Source: Octopus bimaculoides (taxonomy: Eukaryota). Taken from it: a DNA stretch of 64,000 nucleotides. A model generated the notes under the pieces. The model made no database searches. It was not told the DNA's origin and saw only the letters and a program-made list of their open reading frames with translations. The number at the start of each line of letters is the position of its first letter. Positions within the stretch are counted from its first letter, which is position 1. Position numbers and translations under genes: made by a program. Positions 59,516 through 64,000 of the stretch are shown here, piece after piece. The stretch spans positions 47,817,420 through 47,881,419 of the forward strand of contig NC_068987.1 of assembly GCF_001194135.2 (NCBI RefSeq), read 5' to 3'.

Positions 59516-62500
59516 AACATATGTCTGTAAATTTGGCGGACCTGACCTCTTCATCACCTTTACGTGCAACTCAACTTGGCGAGAAATAAAGGAAAACTTA
59601 TTCAAGGTCCAGGCGGCATGCGACAGGCACGACTTAGTGGTCAGAGTTTTCCACGGAAAACTGCAGAAATTCATGTGGCTATTGAAACATGGCAATGTCT
59701 ACGGAAAACTTAACGCGTGGATGTACACTGTAGAATGGTAAAAGTGGGGTCTTCCACACGCCCATATACTGATATGGTACCAAGAAAGAATCATACCTGC
59801 AGACATCGATCAGATTATATGTACAGAGCTGCCTGACCCTAATGTCGACTTGCAGCTATTCAAAATCGTGCATATGATACACGGGCCCTGTGGTACCTTG
59901 AATCCTAATTCTCCATGTATGGAAACAATAGATGTTCAAAGCACTATCCCAGGGCTTTCAACTCGGCTACATGTACTGGTATTGATGGGTACCCAATTTA
60001 CCGACGACGTGTCCCTGACTTTGGAGCAATTGCAATGAAAAAAAGGATAAAGGGCAAAGACATTGACATCAACAACAGTATGGTTGTTCCATACAGCCCT
60101 TTCTTCATTAAAACTTTCAATGCCCACATCAACGTTGAATCTTGCACCTCGATTAAAGGCATCAAGTACGTATGCAAATATGTAAACAAGGGTAGCGACA
60201 TGGCTGTTTTGGGTGTGCAGGATGAAGAGACGGCGAACAATGAAATCCTTCAATATGTCATGGGCAGGTATATTTCGTGCAATATGGCGGCATGGTTTTG
60301 ATATTCACCAGTCCTCTCCAGCTGTATTTGGTCTACATGTACACTTAGAAAATGGGCAACGTGTTTACTTCACTGAGAACACCACCACAAATGTACTCAA
60401 ACAGCCACCGGAAACAACACTTACACGCTTTTTTAAGTTGTGTACTTCTGATTCCTTTGCGCAAACTCTACTTTATGCTGATGTACCGTCCTACTTCACT
60501 TGGACTAACAAAAAATGGCAAAGGTGGCGGCAGGGAATGCGAATCGACAATGAGGTCGGTGAGGCAATCTACAAAGGAAATATGATCAATCATGTCCACA
60601 TTGTACACCCAAAGGATCAGGAGTGCTTTTTTTTGCGGATGCTTCTGTTTCATGTGAAAGGCCCTAAATCATTTGCTGACGTCAGGTCATTCGAAGGACA
60701 AATGTGTTGCACTTACAGGGAAGCTTCCTTACGACGGTGACTACTCGAGGATGACGGTCTCTGGAACACGGCATTGGAAGAGGCCGCCGAATGCAGGACA
60801 CCAGAAGCAATGCGCTGAATATTTTGTCTCATCTTGCTATTCAGGAATGTGTCTGACCCTCTTCATTTGTGGAAGACATTTAAAGATAGTTTGTCCAAAG
60901 ACTATCTCCGACGACTTCAAACCGAAGATCCAATGGCTGCATTCGACTTCAATGACGTCATCTACAACAAAGCCCTCCTCGATTGGCATTTCAGATTTCG
61001 GTTTGCCGATTCCGCGGGACATTCCAAATGCTTTAACTGCTGAGTATATGCGAGAGTTGAGCTACAACACACAAGAAATGGTGGCAAAGGTTGTTCAGGA
61101 TCCGCCTAGACTTTTGGAAGAACAGAAAATTGCATACAACAGGATCCTCTCCAGTGTAAATTCCAACGAAGGACGACTTTATTCTTGGATGCTCCCGACA
61201 GAACCAGAAAAACTTTTCTCATGAACCTCCTGCTCACCAAAATTCGCCAGGAAAATCGGATTGCCATAGTGGTTGCATCCAGTGGCATTGCCGCAACTCT
61301 ACTGCATGGCGGTCGTACGGCACACTCAGCCTTCTATTTACCACTAGACTTGACCAAACAGGAAAATCCAACTTACAATGTTAGTCGTGGCTCAGCCATG
61401 GGAAATCTTCTCAATGAGTGCAGCCTTATCATTTGGGATGAGGCAACCATGAGTCATAAGGCGGTTTTGAGGCGCTCGATCGGTCTCTTCAGGACCTGAG
61501 ACGCAATATGAGAGTGATGGGTGGAGTGACTGTTCTGCTTGCTGGTGACTTCCGACAAACTCTACCTGTCATTCCACGGGAGACAAGAGCCGACGAGGTA
61601 AATGCTTCCATAAAATCATCCAACTTATGGCAGCACATGGAGAAACTTCACCTTACTACAAACATGAGAGTTCACATGCATGGCGACGAAAACGCAGCCA
61701 CATTCTCAGCGTAGCTTCTCAATGTTGGTAATGGAACTGCAGCTGGTGATGCTGATGGTTTCATCCATTTACCATTTGGTAGCTTTGTGCCTAGCGTCGA
61801 TGATTTGATTTCTTCCGTTTTTCCTGGCATTGCAAACCAAAGCCTTGTCACAACTTGCCTACAAGGAAGAGCAATTTTGGCGCCTCACAATAAAACTGTC
61901 GACGCTATCAATAATAAACTTCTCGATCTGCTTCCTGGAGAAAAACTCTCCTTCAAGTCCATTGACATGCATTAAAACCCGGATGATACAACTGTTTTCA
62001 CAACAGAATTCCTAAATTCCCAAACACCTGCAGGACTTTCGCCTCACAAACTTCATCTTAAGGTTGGCGCGCCCATCATGCTGCTGCGGAATTTGGATGC
62101 TCCAATAATGTGTAACAGCACGCGCATGATAATTAAAAAATTATACTATCGAGTTCTACAGGCAACCATCTTCAATGAACCGGACGCTGGTCAAGATGTT
62201 CTCATAACTCCAATGTCCCTCACTCCCTCCGATACGATCTACAAGTTTAAGCGGCTTCAATTTCCTATTAAACTCTCCTTTGCAATGACAATAAATAAGG
62301 CACAGGGTCAATCATTGCAAATGGTTGGTTTAAATCTTACAGAGCAAGTGTTCTCCCACGGTCAACTTTACGTTGGATGCTCCCGTGTTGGTAGGCCACA
62401 AAGTCTATATATTTGTGCATCAGGAGGGAAAACGAGAAACGTTGCCTACAAAGAAGCGCTCCAGTGAAAAAACAGCATTTCTTCACATCTTCCAAATCAC

Positions 62501-63003
62501 CCCAGTCATCTGCCGCCTCAAAAGCTTTGTACTTGCCGTGCCAGCCAATGTAAGACAATGACACACAACTTCACTCACTCACTCTATCTCTCTTTCTTAC
62601 CCTCTTTCTCTCTCACATACACACACACAAATGTACATCCATTTCATATATCCTTCAATTTCTGCTCTCTGCAAATAAAATTTTTATGGATAAAACTGCT
62701 TACAAAAACTGCAATTAATGTATAATTTCTTTCTATGTTCATAATTAAATAAATCTTTTAATGATTAGATAGTCGTCCAATAGAATAGCTCTCACAAACA
62801 GACTATGTACAAATTCTTTCTTCACAACTCCTGAAGTCATTTTCTGACAGGAGGGGGTGAAATCTTCATACAGCTGGAGGCTCCAATCGAAACGGGACAT
62901 GAAATGATCAGGTTGCGAAACACTGTTATAGATTATGCCTAACCGAAAACAATCACAGCCACATCATCCAAACAGACCGGGTGAAACCAGGTTTAGCTGC
63001 TAG
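59516..63003 (+). mobile_element. Decayed Helitron: Rep (HUH) and PIF1-like helicase remnants with intact 3' terminus
   Basis: PDLFITFTCN; YTVEW*KWGLPHAHILIW (HUH); MIHGPCG..NSPCM; KYVCKYVNKG; HLENGQRVYF; ASSGIAATLLHGGRTAHSAF; IIWDEA; LAGDFRQTLPVI; QFPIKLSFAMTINKAQGQSL..FSHGQLYVGCSRV. Hairpin ACCGGGT-GAA-ACCAGGT (62976-62992), then CTAG at 63000-63003 followed by T. Confidence 0.93.
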
Positions 63004-63019
63004 TATAATATATATATAT

Positions 63020-63240
63020 CTGGGCACGGGAGTGACTGTGTGGTAAGTAGCTTGCTTACCAACCACATGGTTCCGGGCTCAGTCCCACTGCATGGCACCT
63101 TGGGCAAGTGTCTTCTACTATAGCCTTGAGCTGACCAAAGCCTTGTGAGTGGATTTGGTAGACGGTAACTGAAAGAAGCCCGTCGTATATATATGTATAT
63201 ATATATATGAGTGTGTGTGTCTGTGTTAGTTCCCCCAACA
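63020..63240 (+). mobile_element. CORE-type SINE 5' part
   Basis: Same head and CORE-like segment as 22078 and 33665. Confidence 0.8.
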
Positions 63241-63242
63241 AT

Positions 63243-63980
63243 GCAATGACTAGTGACTGAGACCTTTGGAAATATGCTGTGCGTGAGAAGACCCGGCAAG
63301 ACAAGTGAGACTATAACCCGTGGCCTTTACCAGGGGTGTAGCCAACCCACTTATGCGTACCTTTCCTTCTTTGGACACAAAACCCTGCTTGTAAAGACCT
63401 GTTAAGGCAAGTGAAATCAAAATCGAAATTGAACCAAATTCGATGACTGGCACCCATGCCAACTTTCCTTCATTGGACACTAAACTTAGTTTGCGAAGAT
63501 CTGTTGGGGCAAGTGAGATTGAAACTGAACAAAATTCGATGACTGGCACCCATGCCAGTGGAGCACTAACAGCACCATCTGAGCGGGATCACTGCCAGAG
63601 CAGCAGTCTCGCTCCCGTGCTGGTGGCACATAAAAAGCACCATTTGATCACAATCGTTTCCAGCTTCGCCTTACTGGTACTTGTGCCGGTGGCATGTGAA
63701 CAAAACATTAGACTGACTCCTGTGCAGGTGGCACGTAAACAACACCATTTGAGCGTGGCCGTTACCAGTACCGCCGGACTGGCCTTGTGCCGGTGGCACA
63801 TAAAAGCACCCACTACACTCTCGGAGTGGTTGGCGTTAGGAAGGGCATCCAGCTGTAGAAACTCTGCCAAATTAGACTGGAGCCTGGTGTTACCATCCGG
63901 TTTCACCAGTCCTCAGTCAAATCGTCCAACCCATGCTAGCATGGAAAGCGGACGTTAAACGATGATGATGATGATGATGA
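63243..63980 (+). mobile_element. 5'-truncated RTE LINE (last ORF codons plus long 3' UTR, (GAT)n tail)
   Basis: AMTSD*DLWKYAVREKTRQDK*, then the UTR ending GGAAAGCGGACGTTAAACGATGATGATG. Confidence 0.88.
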
Positions 63981-64000
63981 TATATATATATATATATATA

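Noticed and set aside
37772-62467. Active or domesticated transposase, RepHel or RT genes
   Set aside because: Every copy has multiple stops or frameshifts.
22078-63240. tRNA genes
   Set aside because: tRNA-like A/B boxes are SINE heads that continue into CORE or Meta-like bodies; no complete cloverleaf seen.

Overview
AT-rich, microsatellite- and transposon-dense animal genomic DNA with five N-gaps. The SINE/RTE repertoire suggests an octopus (inference). One complete protein-coding gene is supported: an ANKRD40 homologue on the minus strand (ATG 52306, stop 30490). It has five candidate coding exons, and two of them (36576-36743 and 34224-34397) are an old tandem duplicate pair that both keep frame, phase and splice sites. 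A probable last coding exon of an unidentified plus-strand gene lies at 3271-3476. The rest is mobile DNA: RTE LINE copies, a Tx1/L1-like fragment, three mariners, two Tigger/pogo copies, a decayed Helitron with an intact 3' terminus, hAT and piggyBac-type MITEs with target-site duplications (TSDs), and three GG-ended MITEs with 8-bp TSDs (Merlin-like), two of which carry telomere-like repeats. Long head-to-tail arrays of tRNA-derived SINEs are also present. No transposase/RT ORF is intact. No CRISPR, rRNA or true tRNA gene was found. All alignments were done by eye; family names come from recalled motifs, not database searches.
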